Below are positions 1 through 9,837 of a stretch of DNA of 64,000 nt, piece after piece (position 1 is the first letter of the stretch; every line of letters begins with the position of its first letter). This DNA is from Elusimicrobiota bacterium. Its GTDB lineage: Bacteria; Elusimicrobiota; Elusimicrobia; UBA1565; UBA9628. The stretch lies in NCBI GenBank assembly GCA_035606075.1, contig DATNGC010000004.1, positions 16,932 to 80,931 on the forward strand, written 5' to 3'. Under the pieces are notes generated by a model. That model ran no database searches. It was not told the origin of the DNA and saw only the letters and a program-made list of their open reading frames with translations. The position numbers and the translations under genes are program-made.

Positions 1-112
1 CGCAGGGCCTTGAGCGCCCCGGGGACGCCGGGCAGCACCGAGAGCTGGTCCGGATGGCTGAGGTAGTCGCGCTCCTTCACGAGCACGCCGTCGCGGTCGA
101 GGAAAACGGCTC
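1..112 (-). CDS. HAD-IIIA phosphatase, GmhB-like (D,D-heptose-1,7-bisphosphate phosphatase family); N-terminal fragment running off the window start
   Basis: Reverse-complement translation from GTG at 110-112 reads VKRRAVFLDRDGVLVKERDYLSHPDQLSVLPGVPGALKAL. The FLDRDGV block is HAD motif I as seen in GmhB/HisB-N enzymes. There is an in-frame stop just upstream of the GTG. Confidence 0.5.
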
Positions 113-449
113 GTCGCTTCACGACGAGATTTTAGCTTTTACCGGGGCTAGGCCCAAACGCGATGAAGGCGGATTGGGCCTTGCCGGATCGTCGATCTGG
201 GACTAATCTATTCTTCAGAAGCGCTCCATGGGCCCACGGGCCGCTAAGATCGCATCAAAAAGAGCCGCCTCGCTGGCGGAATACGAAGGGTCTTTCAGAC
301 CCACGACGATCGAAAAACGGCCAAAACAGCGCCGAGGGAAAAAAGCTCCGGCGCGAGCGCTTAGGAACCGGCCCCGGCCCGAAGTCGAGCCGAGGCCTTT
401 CCTATGTCCCTGTCTTGACCGCGGAGGCTCCCCCCGCTAGACTCTGACT

Positions 450-1145
450 ATGCCCGACGCCCCGAAATACAACGAGAAGATGATCGCGGCGAAGATGAAG
501 CAGCTCGAACGCTTCAAGAAGGAGAAGCGCGAGCGCTCGGCGTCCCAGGAGCGCCTGCGCCTTCCGCCGGGTCAGAACTGGACGGACGGCTTTCCCGTGC
601 TCGATCTCGGCGTGCACCCCGAGTTCGACCCGAAGACTTGGGAGTTGCGGATCTTCGGCGAGGTGGAGAATCCGGTGACGCTCAGTTGGGCTGATTTTCG
701 GGCGCTGCCTCGCGCCGATCAGACGACGGACTTCCATTGCGTGACGACCTGGTCGAAGAAGGACGTGCGCTGGCGCGGCGTGAAGATGTCCGAGATCTTC
801 AAGCTCGTCAGGCCCAAGGCGACCGCGAACTTCGTGATCCAGGGCTCCCGGGACGCCTACGCCACAAACACGTCCGTTTTCGAGGCCGGTCAGGATGACG
901 CGATGATCGCCGATACGCTCGACGGCGAGCCCCTCCCGATCGAGCACGGCGGCCCCGTCCGCATGGTCATCCCCACCCTCTATGCCTGGAAGTCGGCCAA
1001 GTTCCTCCGCTCCCTGGAGTTCACGGCGCGCGACCAGCCTGGGTACTGGGAGCGGCGCGGCTACCACAACAACGCGGACCCGTGGAAGGAGGAGCGCAAC
1101 GGCGAGCCCCCGGCCGACGACGGCTTCGCCGAGGCCGCGGAATAG
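450..1145 (+). CDS. Sulfite-oxidase-family molybdopterin-dependent oxidoreductase (Oxidored_molyb domain), cytoplasmic
   Basis: 231 aa. The HCVTTWS motif and the PLPIEHGGPVRMVIP block are typical of the Moco-binding domain of the YedY/SUOX family. No signal peptide. Confidence 0.7.
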   Translation: MPDAPKYNEKMIAAKMKQLERFKKEKRERSASQERLRLPPGQNWTDGFPVLDLGVHPEFDPKTWELRIFGEVENPVTLSWADFRALPRADQTTDFHCVTTWSKKDVRWRGVKMSEIFKLVRPKATANFVIQGSRDAYATNTSVFEAGQDDAMIADTLDGEPLPIEHGGPVRMVIPTLYAWKSAKFLRSLEFTARDQPGYWERRGYHNNADPWKEERNGEPPADDGFAEAAE

Positions 1146-1159
1146 GCTAGACTTTCCGC

Positions 1160-1759
1160 ATGGCGCTCAAGGAAATCGGCCGCCGCATCTCCCTCGCCGT
1201 CGTCTCGACGCTCTTCGCGGCCGGCGCGGCATTCCAGAAGAAACAGGAGACCAACCCCATGCAGTCCGAGAAAACCGCCGGCAAGGTCTACGAGTTCGAG
1301 ATGAAGACGATCGACGGCAAGCCGAAGAAGCTCTCCGACTACAAGGGACATCCGCTCTTGATCGTCAACACCGCCTCGCTGTGCGGCTTCACGCCCCAAT
1401 ACACGGATCTCGAGAACCTCTACAAGAAATACGCGGACAAGGGCTTCAAGATCGCCGCTTTCCCCGCCAACGAGTTCGGCGCCCAGGAGCCCGGCTCCGA
1501 CTCCGACATCAAAAAGTTCTGCATGACCAAGTACTCGGTGTCCTTCGACTTGTACTCGAAGATCGCGGTGAAGGGCGACTCGATCCACCCGCTTTACCAG
1601 TACCTGACCAAGGACTCGGGCTTCCCCGGCGATATCCCCTGGAACTTCACCAAGTTCCTCGTGGACAAGAAAGGCAAGGTGGTCGGCCGCTTCACCCCCG
1701 ACGACAGCCCGACGGGCAAAGAGATCACGACCGCCGTCGAGAAGGCGCTCGCCGACTAG
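1160..1759 (+). CDS. gpx: Glutathione peroxidase
   Basis: 199 aa with an N-terminal signal/TM segment. NTASLCGFT (the peroxidatic Cys motif), FPANEFG and WNFTKFLVD are canonical GPx blocks. Confidence 0.9.
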   Translation: MALKEIGRRISLAVVSTLFAAGAAFQKKQETNPMQSEKTAGKVYEFEMKTIDGKPKKLSDYKGHPLLIVNTASLCGFTPQYTDLENLYKKYADKGFKIAAFPANEFGAQEPGSDSDIKKFCMTKYSVSFDLYSKIAVKGDSIHPLYQYLTKDSGFPGDIPWNFTKFLVDKKGKVVGRFTPDDSPTGKEITTAVEKALAD

Positions 1760-1790
1760 ACGGGCCTGACGCGGCCCGGCGAGCCGGCGG

Positions 1791-3776
1791 TCAGCGCGGC
1801 CCGTCGTCGGGCCAGCCGGCCTCGAACCGCGCCCGGTAGGCGCTGAGCGGCCCCGGCGCCGAAAGCACCGTCTTGTGGACCCCGCCCTGCGCGATCTCCT
1901 CGATCGCGGTGGCCGCGCGGCGCGAGGCGGCCTTGAGCAGTCCCGCGTCGCCGCCGACGATTTTGACGTCGATCACGAGGCCGTCGGAGGTGCGCGTCTG
2001 CCGCCACTCCTCGACGCCCGGGACCTCGAATGAGTCGATCGTCGCCGGATGGTCCGAGAGCAGGTAGCGGTCGACCTCGATCCAATCGTTCTTCGGAAGC
2101 GACTTGTCGATCGCCCCATGCTCGGGCTCCGGCGAGAAAGGCTGCGGCGGCGCGAGGATCGGAGCCTTCTCGGGCTTGGTCTCCGAGCGCTGCAGCTCGG
2201 CCTCGGCGAGCAGGAGGCTCGGCGCGATCACGGAGGTCGGAGCGATCAGGTAGACGTCGGAGACGTCGGCGTCGTCGCCGGCCGCCACGAGGCTCTCCGC
2301 CATCACGAGCGGCGTGCCGACCAGGTCGAGGTCGCGCACGCGCGTGATCTTGCCGGTCGCCGCCTCGACGAGGTCGACGCGGGCGACGAAGCGGATCGAA
2401 CCCTGCCCTCCGCCGCCCTGCTGCTGGACCGCGGCGCGCAGGCTTCGGATCCAGAGGCCGTACGGCTTCTGCCGCGCGCGGCACTCCTCGCGCAGGCGCT
2501 CGAGCAGCTTGTCGACGGGCTGAGGCGAGGAGCTCGTCAGCGAGAGCACGCCGGGCGTTCCGGTCGGCATGACGCCGACCGGCGCGCGCGCGTGGCCGTT
2601 GGAGCGCGGGAAGCCCTTGAGCGGGTAGCGCGAGAGCAGGAAGCCCGTGAGCACGCCCCGCTCGATCAGCGTCACGCGCCGCGCCGGCACCCCCTCGTCG
2701 TCGAATTCGTAATGGCCGAACAGCGGCTTTCCCTTGAACGAAGTCTGCGACGGGTCGTCGGTCAGGGTCAGCGACTCGGAGAGCACGCGCGTGCCGAACC
2801 GGCCGCGGAACGTCTGCGCGCCGGCGGGGTTGCGCTGCTCCTCGCCCGCCAGCCTCTGGCCGAGCGCGAAGACGAGGGCTCCGGAGACGGACGGGTCGAG
2901 GAGCGCCGGCGCGCTGAACGGCGACGTCGTCGCCGCGACGCGCAGCTCCTGAAGGTCGGCCAGGAGCGCGCGGCCCGCCCGGCGCAGCTCGGCCTCGCTG
3001 GGCAAGGCCTCGGGCGCGCGCGCCGACCAGTCGCGGGAGACCGTCTCGCGCAGGCCGTCGGGACTCAAGGCGGCGGCCTCGATCTCGATCTTCGCGGAGT
3101 CGTCGAGCTTGTCGACGGCCACGCCCTCGGTGTCGCGCCGCCGCATCCACAGGCGCCGCAGGTTCACGTGCGACTCCGCGTACAGAAGGGTCGGGTCGCG
3201 CCGGAAGGGCTCGGAGAGCGAGTCCTCGAGCTTCGCGAGGCGCTCGCGATCCCACCGCGAGGCCGGCCGGTCCGACGTGCTCACGATGGGAGGCTCCGAG
3301 TCGAGATCGTCGGTGTCGTACTCGGCCTTGCCCTGGGCGACGATGCGCTCCTCCTTGCGCAGGAAGTCGGCGGTCGCCGACTTGTAGGCGCCGTCGAAGA
3401 CCCGCCACAGGGCGTGGCGCAGGGCGAACTCGTCGTCGGCCTGGGACACCGGCGTGCCGAGGTAGTCGCCGCGAGGCGTCACGGGGTGGTTGTCGAGCGC
3501 GGGACTGCCCACGCGGACGTCGGGCAGGACGATGCGCTGGCTCATCCAGGCCTCGGCGCGCGCCGAGCCCATCGCGCTCCAGCGGTCCCAGTCCTCCAGG
3601 TCCCAGACGTCGAGCGCGGCGTGATAGATCGCCGGATAGCCCTCGTCCTTGAGCGCCTTCTTGGACCGCGTCAGCTCCGTGCGCATCGCGCGCTCGAGCG
3701 CGGCGTCCGGCCCGCCGGCCGCCCCGGCGCTGCCCGGCAGAAAGATGGCCAGAAGCAGGAGGCTAGCGGGGATCAT
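1791..3776 (-). CDS. TldE/PmbA-like peptidase partner (degenerate active site) with an N-terminal signal peptide
   Basis: 661 aa. The signal peptide is MIPASLLLLAIFLPGSAGAAG. The C-terminal TldD/PmbA-fold blocks (GFPRSNGHA, FEFDDEG) are present. The HExxxH position reads FALGQRL, so it is degenerate. Confidence 0.65.
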   Translation of the reverse strand: MIPASLLLLAIFLPGSAGAAGGPDAALERAMRTELTRSKKALKDEGYPAIYHAALDVWDLEDWDRWSAMGSARAEAWMSQRIVLPDVRVGSPALDNHPVTPRGDYLGTPVSQADDEFALRHALWRVFDGAYKSATADFLRKEERIVAQGKAEYDTDDLDSEPPIVSTSDRPASRWDRERLAKLEDSLSEPFRRDPTLLYAESHVNLRRLWMRRRDTEGVAVDKLDDSAKIEIEAAALSPDGLRETVSRDWSARAPEALPSEAELRRAGRALLADLQELRVAATTSPFSAPALLDPSVSGALVFALGQRLAGEEQRNPAGAQTFRGRFGTRVLSESLTLTDDPSQTSFKGKPLFGHYEFDDEGVPARRVTLIERGVLTGFLLSRYPLKGFPRSNGHARAPVGVMPTGTPGVLSLTSSSPQPVDKLLERLREECRARQKPYGLWIRSLRAAVQQQGGGGQGSIRFVARVDLVEAATGKITRVRDLDLVGTPLVMAESLVAAGDDADVSDVYLIAPTSVIAPSLLLAEAELQRSETKPEKAPILAPPQPFSPEPEHGAIDKSLPKNDWIEVDRYLLSDHPATIDSFEVPGVEEWRQTRTSDGLVIDVKIVGGDAGLLKAASRRAATAIEEIAQGGVHKTVLSAPGPLSAYRARFEAGWPDDGPR

Positions 3777-5472
3777 GGATGGGCGCGGGCAGGATCGGCG
3801 GGCGCGAGCGCTCCTCGGGCAGGCGCTGCAGCTCGATCTCGGAGACGAGCAGGCTCGGCGCGATCTGGCTCACGGGCACCCAGCCGGACTCCGCGCCGCA
3901 GTGGAAGCCGTTGGCCAGCGTCGCGTCGTCGCCGGCGGCCACGATGCGGTTGAGGACCACGAGCGGGGTGCCCACGAGCTTGACGCCGCGCACGAGCGTG
4001 CGGGCGCCGGTGACCGCGTCCACGCGGTAGGTCAGGCGCGGGCGGACCTCGAGGGTCTGCGCGGACTCGCGGTTGGTCGGGTTCTCGCCGCCGGAGGAGC
4101 CGACGAGCAGGAACCCGTAAGGCTTGCCGGAAGCGCGCACGAGCTCGAGCAGCTTCTTCGTCAGCTCGTCGAGCGAGACGCCGCCCTGGGCCGACACGAT
4201 CAGGTTCGCCATGCGCCCCGTCGGGTGCGAGCGCCAGTCCGAGCGGCCGTGGCCGTTCGTCGACGGGAAGCCCTTGACCGGCCAGCGCGACATCAGGAAG
4301 TCGCGCAGCACGCCCTTCTCGACGAGCGTCACGCGCTGCGCCGGCGAGCCCTCCGAGTCGAACTCGTAGGTCCCGTGAAGAGGCGAGCCCTTGAAGGACT
4401 TCAGCGTCGGATCGTCGTAGACGCTGAGGAACGTCGGCAGGATCGTCTTGCCCACGAGGTCGCGGAACACCTGGCTCTCGTGCGGGTCGCGCTGGCGCTG
4501 GCCCTCCAGCTTGTGGCCGAGCGCCTCGTGGAACAGCACGCCCGACATCTCGGGATCGAGGATCGCGGGCGCGGCCATCGCGTCCTGCACGGGCGCCGAG
4601 CGCAGCTGCGTGAGCTCCTCGGCCAGCTGGCGCGCCTGCCGCTCGAGCTCGGCCTCGGGGGGCATGTCCGACAGCGAGCGCAGGGACAGGTACATCCCGT
4701 TCTCGAGACGCATGCCGTCCTCGGCGCGCGTCGCGGCGTTGATGCGCACCTCGTGCGGCATCTCCTCGGCGGGCGTCAGCAGGCGAGTGCCCTCGCTGGT
4801 CAGCAGGAAGCGGCGCGCCCACCACGCGCCGATGGTCACGTTCGACTCGTAGACGTCGGGATAGGCGCGGAACGTCGCGCTGACGCGCGACGCCAGAGAT
4901 CGCAGGCGGTCGCGGTCGAGCGAGGCGGGCCGGACCTCCTCGACCTTGCGCTGCGCCGGCTCCGGCGAGAAATCGTCCAGGGGCTCGGTGACGAGCTCGG
5001 TCGCGCGCTTGGCTTTCTTCTCGAGCCAGCCCGTGACGGCCCCCTTGTACGCCTGGTCGGTCAGCGCCCAAAACGTCTGGCGGATCACCTCGGGATCCGA
5101 AGGCGTGGGGATGTTCACGCCCTGGTAGCTGAGGTCGGTGTTGTCGAACGAGCGGTCGCCGTAGCGCGCCTCGGCGTAGGCGACGCGGTACTCCTCGAGG
5201 TCGTCGCCGACGATGGCGCCCAGCGTCGCGGCGACCTCGTAATGCCGCGCGTCGTGAAGCCGGTAGGCGAGGAAGTAGGGCGGTCCGAACGAGTCCTGGC
5301 GCAGGCGGGCGAGGCTGCGCGTGAGCTCGGCCTCCATCGCGGCGAAGATCTTGTCCGACGAGACGGGCTTCGAGCCCCAGGAGGACGCGGCGGCCGGCGC
5401 CGCCGAGGTCAAGAGCGCGGCCAGCGCCGCGACGGCGACCGCCGACCTAGCCCTTGATCGGAGCGACTTCAT
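3763..5472 (-). CDS. TldD-like zinc metallopeptidase with a signal peptide
   Basis: 569 aa. The signal peptide is MKSLRSRARSAVAVAALAALLTSAAPAAAS. The HEALGH metal-binding motif is intact, followed by GFPSTNGHG and a C-terminal GxC region. It overlaps the TldE-like gene by 14 nt. Confidence 0.7.
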   Translation of the reverse strand: MKSLRSRARSAVAVAALAALLTSAAPAAASSWGSKPVSSDKIFAAMEAELTRSLARLRQDSFGPPYFLAYRLHDARHYEVAATLGAIVGDDLEEYRVAYAEARYGDRSFDNTDLSYQGVNIPTPSDPEVIRQTFWALTDQAYKGAVTGWLEKKAKRATELVTEPLDDFSPEPAQRKVEEVRPASLDRDRLRSLASRVSATFRAYPDVYESNVTIGAWWARRFLLTSEGTRLLTPAEEMPHEVRINAATRAEDGMRLENGMYLSLRSLSDMPPEAELERQARQLAEELTQLRSAPVQDAMAAPAILDPEMSGVLFHEALGHKLEGQRQRDPHESQVFRDLVGKTILPTFLSVYDDPTLKSFKGSPLHGTYEFDSEGSPAQRVTLVEKGVLRDFLMSRWPVKGFPSTNGHGRSDWRSHPTGRMANLIVSAQGGVSLDELTKKLLELVRASGKPYGFLLVGSSGGENPTNRESAQTLEVRPRLTYRVDAVTGARTLVRGVKLVGTPLVVLNRIVAAGDDATLANGFHCGAESGWVPVSQIAPSLLVSEIELQRLPEERSRPPILPAPIHDPR

Positions 5473-8116
5473 AACCGGTGAACGGCGGCTCGCCGAGCGC
5501 CGGCATCTTGGCGGGCGGCGACGCCTTGCGCAGGCGGCCCTCGGCCTGGGCCTTGCGGTAGACGATCTCGAGGTTGCGCTTGGCGTTCTCGAACGTGGGA
5601 TCGAACGCGAGGGCCTTCTTGTAGTAGGCCTCGGCGTCGACCAGATGGTTCGCGGCGTCCTTGCCCCCGTTCTGCTCGGCCAGGTAGTGCGCGTTGGCCA
5701 GGCTCGTGTAGGCCTCGGCGGCGTCCTTCGGGGCCCACGGGCCGGCGTGGCGATGCACCCATTGCCCGTTCTCGAGCAGGTAGGGCTGGTACGACAGGAT
5801 CGTATTGCGCAGGAAGGGCTTGGCGAGCAGGCTCGGATCGGCCGCGCACGCGGCGGCGTCGATGTAGCGCTCGTACGCGCGGATCGCGTCGTCGTACTTC
5901 TTCTGGATGATGTAGACCTGCGCCATCCGGTAGAAATTCGGCGGGAACACCGGGTCGATGGCCTCGTACATGCGGAAGCGCTTGATCGCGAGGTCGAGGT
6001 AGTGCTGGACCTCCTCGGGCGGCCGGTGATTGGCGGGGTCCTGCGCCCACTGCGCGCGGCGCAGATGGAGATTGCCGACCTGGTGGTGCATCTGGACGTA
6101 GTTCGGGGACAGGCGGCGCACCTCGTTGTACCAGTACAGCGCGCGCTCGTAGTCGTCCATGGCGACGTTGTCCTTGTCGCCCCACTTCGGCTCGTAGATC
6201 TTCGTCATGTTGAAGCGGTCGTTGAAGACGTTGCCGAGGAAGTACTTCGCCATGACGAAGTCGGGGTTGAGCTTGTTGACGACGAGGTAGTTGCCGATCG
6301 CCGCGTCCCAGTTGCGCTCCTTCGAGAAGTAGATCGCGACGTTGTGGTGGATGTCGGCCTTGAAGTAGCCCCAGAACAAGTACAGGGGCTGGAGCATGGC
6401 GAGCACGATCATCGGGACGACGGGGTTCTCCGACATCAGGCACAGGCGGATCAGCGCGTAGGCCAGGCCGACCATCGAGCCGGCGAACACGATCCAGGCC
6501 GCCCACCACTGCAGCAGCTCGCCTCCCCCCGGGATGCGCGCCAGAGGCCCGAGCAAGGTGGCGAACTCGCCGAACATGCCGCCGAAGCCGGCGGCGGGAG
6601 AGAGCATCTTCCAATCGATGAGGAACGCCATGTAGAAGATGCCGCCGATCGCGGCCAAGCGCGCCGGCCAGATCAGGAACTCGGAGATCGTCTTCCAGAT
6701 GGGCTCCCCGGCGTCCTCGACCGGAGCCGCGGCGGGCGCGCTGGGAGCGCCTGGAGCGAGCGCGCGGGGATGGCGCTCGAACAGAGCGCGCCCGCGGGCC
6801 ACGACCACGATCATCCCCGACAGCAGGCCGAGATAGACGCCCGAGGACACGAAGCGCAGGCTCACGTCGAAGAAGTTGTGCCCGAGCATGCCGGCGAAGG
6901 AGACCATGAGTCCGGTCAGGTCGTAGGCGCGGGGCGGCGGGCGGCCGTCCTTGAGGGTCAAGGCGGTGGTCAGCTGGCCGAGCGAGCGCGCGCCGACGAG
7001 CAGGGTGCTGAAGACGAGCCAGAGGAAGATGCCGAAGCCGATGATGCCGTTGTCGAGGAACTCCTCGAGGTACTCGTCCTCGGCGTGGTCGGTCTCCGTG
7101 TTGTGCTTGCCCTCGATGTGGAAGATGGCCGGGCGCCGGAACGCCGGGTACAGGGGCGGAAAGGCGCCGACGCCGGAGCCGATGACGGGGTGGGTGCGGA
7201 TCATGTCCCAGGTCGCTTCCCACGTGAACAGGCGGAAATTGACCGAGACGATGTGGGTCTCGAGGTTCTTGGCGGTCACGCCGATCAGGGCCAGCGCGCC
7301 GCACAGCGCGACGCCGAGGATCTTCATGCGGTACGGGCGGCTGTGCTCGGCGAAGTAGTACAGGGCGACGCCGGCGAACAGCACGCAGACCAAGGCGAAG
7401 CCGAGCATGGCGCCCTTCGTCTCGGTGGCCACCAGGTTGATCAGCAGCATGATCATCAGCGGGACCAGGCTCCAGCGCCGGGTCTTCAGGAACTGCGTCA
7501 GCAGGATCGGGAAGATGATGACCAGGAAATCGCCGTAGAAGTTCGGGTTGCCGTACGTCGAGAACACGCGGTCGCCGAACGCGCCGCGCCAGACGAACGG
7601 ATCGATCCCGCGGCCGATGCCCGGCGGGAACCAGCGCGCGTCCACGAACTGGAGCATGCCGTAGCCGATGGCGACCCAGGCGGTCCAGATCAGCCAGTTG
7701 AACAGGTTCTGGACGGCCGCGTCGTCGAACTCGTAGATCACGATCAGCGCGACGATCATGTAGAACGTCTGGCGGAGGAAGAAATCGGTGCTCGCCATGC
7801 GGTACGGGGCGTGCAGGAAGGAGAAGATGCCGTAGCCCAGGTAGGCCAGGAACGGCGACAGGGCGACCAGGTCCTCCTTGTTGAGGGCGCGGCGGCCGGC
7901 GAGCGTCAGCCGGCACAGCCACAGCGTGAGCAGGCCGAGGCCGCCCATCTGCATGATCGAGATCTTGACCTGGGCGGAGTCGTAGGTCCGCAGGAAGAAA
8001 AGGGAGGAGATGAGGAAGTACAGCATGGGCAGCCAAAGCACGATCGCCTTGTGGGCGAACGCCTCGGCGTCCGCGCGGACGCCGCCGCGCGGAGCTCCCT
8101 TCGTCTTATCGGCCAT
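5447..8116 (-). CDS. O-antigen ligase (Wzy_C) family polytopic membrane protein fused to C-terminal TPR repeats; PglL/PilO-type O-oligosaccharyltransferase candidate
   Basis: 889 aa. About 12 TM helices with a Wzy_C-like periplasmic loop, then a soluble TPR-like C-terminus (YYKKALAFDP and similar). It is a paralog of the genes at 11120-12832 and 47853-49313. Confidence 0.65.
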   Translation of the reverse strand: MADKTKGAPRGGVRADAEAFAHKAIVLWLPMLYFLISSLFFLRTYDSAQVKISIMQMGGLGLLTLWLCRLTLAGRRALNKEDLVALSPFLAYLGYGIFSFLHAPYRMASTDFFLRQTFYMIVALIVIYEFDDAAVQNLFNWLIWTAWVAIGYGMLQFVDARWFPPGIGRGIDPFVWRGAFGDRVFSTYGNPNFYGDFLVIIFPILLTQFLKTRRWSLVPLMIMLLINLVATETKGAMLGFALVCVLFAGVALYYFAEHSRPYRMKILGVALCGALALIGVTAKNLETHIVSVNFRLFTWEATWDMIRTHPVIGSGVGAFPPLYPAFRRPAIFHIEGKHNTETDHAEDEYLEEFLDNGIIGFGIFLWLVFSTLLVGARSLGQLTTALTLKDGRPPPRAYDLTGLMVSFAGMLGHNFFDVSLRFVSSGVYLGLLSGMIVVVARGRALFERHPRALAPGAPSAPAAAPVEDAGEPIWKTISEFLIWPARLAAIGGIFYMAFLIDWKMLSPAAGFGGMFGEFATLLGPLARIPGGGELLQWWAAWIVFAGSMVGLAYALIRLCLMSENPVVPMIVLAMLQPLYLFWGYFKADIHHNVAIYFSKERNWDAAIGNYLVVNKLNPDFVMAKYFLGNVFNDRFNMTKIYEPKWGDKDNVAMDDYERALYWYNEVRRLSPNYVQMHHQVGNLHLRRAQWAQDPANHRPPEEVQHYLDLAIKRFRMYEAIDPVFPPNFYRMAQVYIIQKKYDDAIRAYERYIDAAACAADPSLLAKPFLRNTILSYQPYLLENGQWVHRHAGPWAPKDAAEAYTSLANAHYLAEQNGGKDAANHLVDAEAYYKKALAFDPTFENAKRNLEIVYRKAQAEGRLRKASPPAKMPALGEPPFTGYEVAPIKG

Positions 8117-8146
8117 CGCGGGCCATACTACTATTTCGGCCGCCCC

Positions 8147-8857
8147 TCACGCTTCAGGGGCGACGCTTCGCCCCGAGAGGACCTCGCGGATCAGGTGGCG
8201 GCTGAACTCGAGGCCGGTCGGCCAGGAATGGGCGGTGCTCTGGCCGCCCAGGCGCGGGCTCTCGTAGGTCGCGATCTCGCCGATGCGCATGCCGAGCTTC
8301 ATCATGCGCATCGACATCAGGTACTCGATGACGAAGCCGTCGACGCGGCAAGCGCAGCGGCGCAGGCTGTCGGCGCGCACGGCGCGGAAGCCGTTGATCG
8401 TGTCGGTCACGTACGGGCCGCGGTTCCAGATGACGTTGGCGAGGAAGGTGAAGGCGAGGTTCACCCATTTGCGCAGGGGGAGCGTGAGCTCGTCCTCCTC
8501 GTTGTGGGCGCCCTCGCGCATGCGCGAGGCCACGACGAGGTCGTAGCCGCCGGCCTCGAGCTTCTCGAAGAGCTTCGGGATGTCGGCGGGGTCCTCGTTG
8601 CCGTCGGGGCTGTAGTAGCAGAGGACGTCGGCGGTCGCGGCGTCGAGGGCGACTTGGAAGGCGCAGCCGCGTCCGCGGCGCGGCTGGCCCAGGACTTTCA
8701 CGCCCTTCGACTTCAGGTACTCGACGGTGCCGTCCTTGGAGCCTCCGTCGACGGCGAAGAACTCGTCGGCGGCCGCGAAGGGGATCTTGTCGAAGAGCTT
8801 CGGCAGCGCCTCGATCTCGTTGAACGTGAGCAGGACGAGGGCGCGCTTGAGCCTCAT
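8147..8857 (-). CDS. Family 2 glycosyltransferase
   Basis: The start was re-set to MRLKRALVLLTFNE: the ATG at 8855-8857 overlaps the stop of the upstream epimerase gene (ATGA). It has a DxD-type GT2 Rossmann core (VDGGSKDGT). Confidence 0.75.
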   Translation of the reverse strand: MRLKRALVLLTFNEIEALPKLFDKIPFAAADEFFAVDGGSKDGTVEYLKSKGVKVLGQPRRGRGCAFQVALDAATADVLCYYSPDGNEDPADIPKLFEKLEAGGYDLVVASRMREGAHNEEDELTLPLRKWVNLAFTFLANVIWNRGPYVTDTINGFRAVRADSLRRCACRVDGFVIEYLMSMRMMKLGMRIGEIATYESPRLGGQSTAHSWPTGLEFSRHLIREVLSGRSVAPEA

Positions 8858-9837
8858 TTCTTCCCCTCGTGCTCTCGATACCACGCGATGGTCTTGGCCA
8901 GACCCTCGGGCAAGGCGACGCGCGCCTGATAGCCGATGGCCTTCTTGGCCTTCTCCACGTCGCAGTGCCGGCGGGGCTGGCCGGAGGGCTTGCTCGCGTC
9001 GAAGACGAGCTTGGCGCGCGAGCCGGCGAGCTTGAGGATGAGCTCGGCCAACTCCTTGACCGAGATCTCGTCGTCGGCGCCGATATTCAGAGGATCGGAC
9101 TTCGGGTGCTTCTCCGCGACCTCAAGCAAGCCCCGCGCGAAATCCTCGACGTACAGGAAGGAACGGGTCGTGCTCCCGTCGCCCCAGACCTTGAGCGGGC
9201 TCTCGCCGTCGCAGACGCGCTTGACCAAAGCCGCGATCACGTGCGAGCGGGCGGGATCGAAGTGATCGCGGGGGCCGTAGGCGTTGTAGGGCCGGGCGAT
9301 GGCCACGCTCATGCCGTACTCCTCGGCGTAGGCGCGGCCGAGGTATTCGGCCATGCGCTTGGCCCAGCCGTAGCCCTCGTTGGTCTTCTCGGGCACGCCG
9401 CGGAAGCCCTCGGTCTCGGGCGTGGGAATGGCGCAGTCGCGCGGGTACACGCAGGCGGAGCTCACGACCAGAAAGCGTCCGACCTCGGCCTTGCGCGCCG
9501 CTTCGAGCACGTTGGTCCCGATCGCGACGTTGTCGCGGAACAGGGAACCCGGGTGGACGCTGTTGTAGCCCACGCCGCCGACGGAGGCGGCGAGGTTCAG
9601 CACGACGTCCTGGCCCTTGCAGGCCCTCAGGCAGGACGCGGGATCGGCGAACTCCGCCTTCAGGAAGCGCACGTCCTTCCAGACCGCCTTGAGATTGCGC
9701 CTCTTGATCGGGCTCGGCCGGTCGGCGACGGTCACGCGGACGTTCCGTCCGGCCTTCAGAAGGAGCTCGACGACGTGGCTGCCGATGAAGCCGCCGCCTC
9801 CGGTGACGAGAACCTTCTTGTGATCCCAATAGCCCAA
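8854..9837 (-). CDS. NAD-dependent sugar epimerase/dehydratase (extended SDR)
   Basis: 327 aa. VLVTGGGGFIGSH is the NAD-binding motif and the YxxxK catalytic pair lies in GYGWAKR. TTG start at 9837. Confidence 0.85.
   Translation of the reverse strand: MGYWDHKKVLVTGGGGFIGSHVVELLLKAGRNVRVTVADRPSPIKRRNLKAVWKDVRFLKAEFADPASCLRACKGQDVVLNLAASVGGVGYNSVHPGSLFRDNVAIGTNVLEAARKAEVGRFLVVSSACVYPRDCAIPTPETEGFRGVPEKTNEGYGWAKRMAEYLGRAYAEEYGMSVAIARPYNAYGPRDHFDPARSHVIAALVKRVCDGESPLKVWGDGSTTRSFLYVEDFARGLLEVAEKHPKSDPLNIGADDEISVKELAELILKLAGSRAKLVFDASKPSGQPRRHCDVEKAKKAIGYQARVALPEGLAKTIAWYREHEGKK

Noticed and set aside
163-447. ORFs 163-447 and 228-440 (94 and 70 aa, Arg/Pro-rich)
   Set aside because: Low-complexity translation typical of random frames in 70% GC DNA; they sit in the intergenic leader and have no domain signature.
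1762-1779. Hairpin CGGGCC tgacgc GGCCCG between the convergent gpx and TldE-like genes
   Set aside because: Short stem, and no U-tract on either strand; not called as a terminator.
1756-5457. Alternative-frame ORFs 1756-3408 (-), 2049-3953 (+), 3649-5457 (+) and 3773-5071 (-)
   Set aside because: All overlap the two TldD/TldE genes, whose frames contain the HEALGH/GFPxxNGH signatures. The alternatives are Arg/Pro-rich GC-frame artefacts.
5321-8929. Giant 1202-aa plus-strand ORF, and the 855-aa minus-strand ORF at 5469-8036
   Set aside because: Shadow frames opposite to or overlapping the Wzy_C-TPR gene. The translations are Arg/Gly/Asp-rich with no hydrophobic or domain structure, whereas the 5447-8116 frame gives a coherent polytopic protein.
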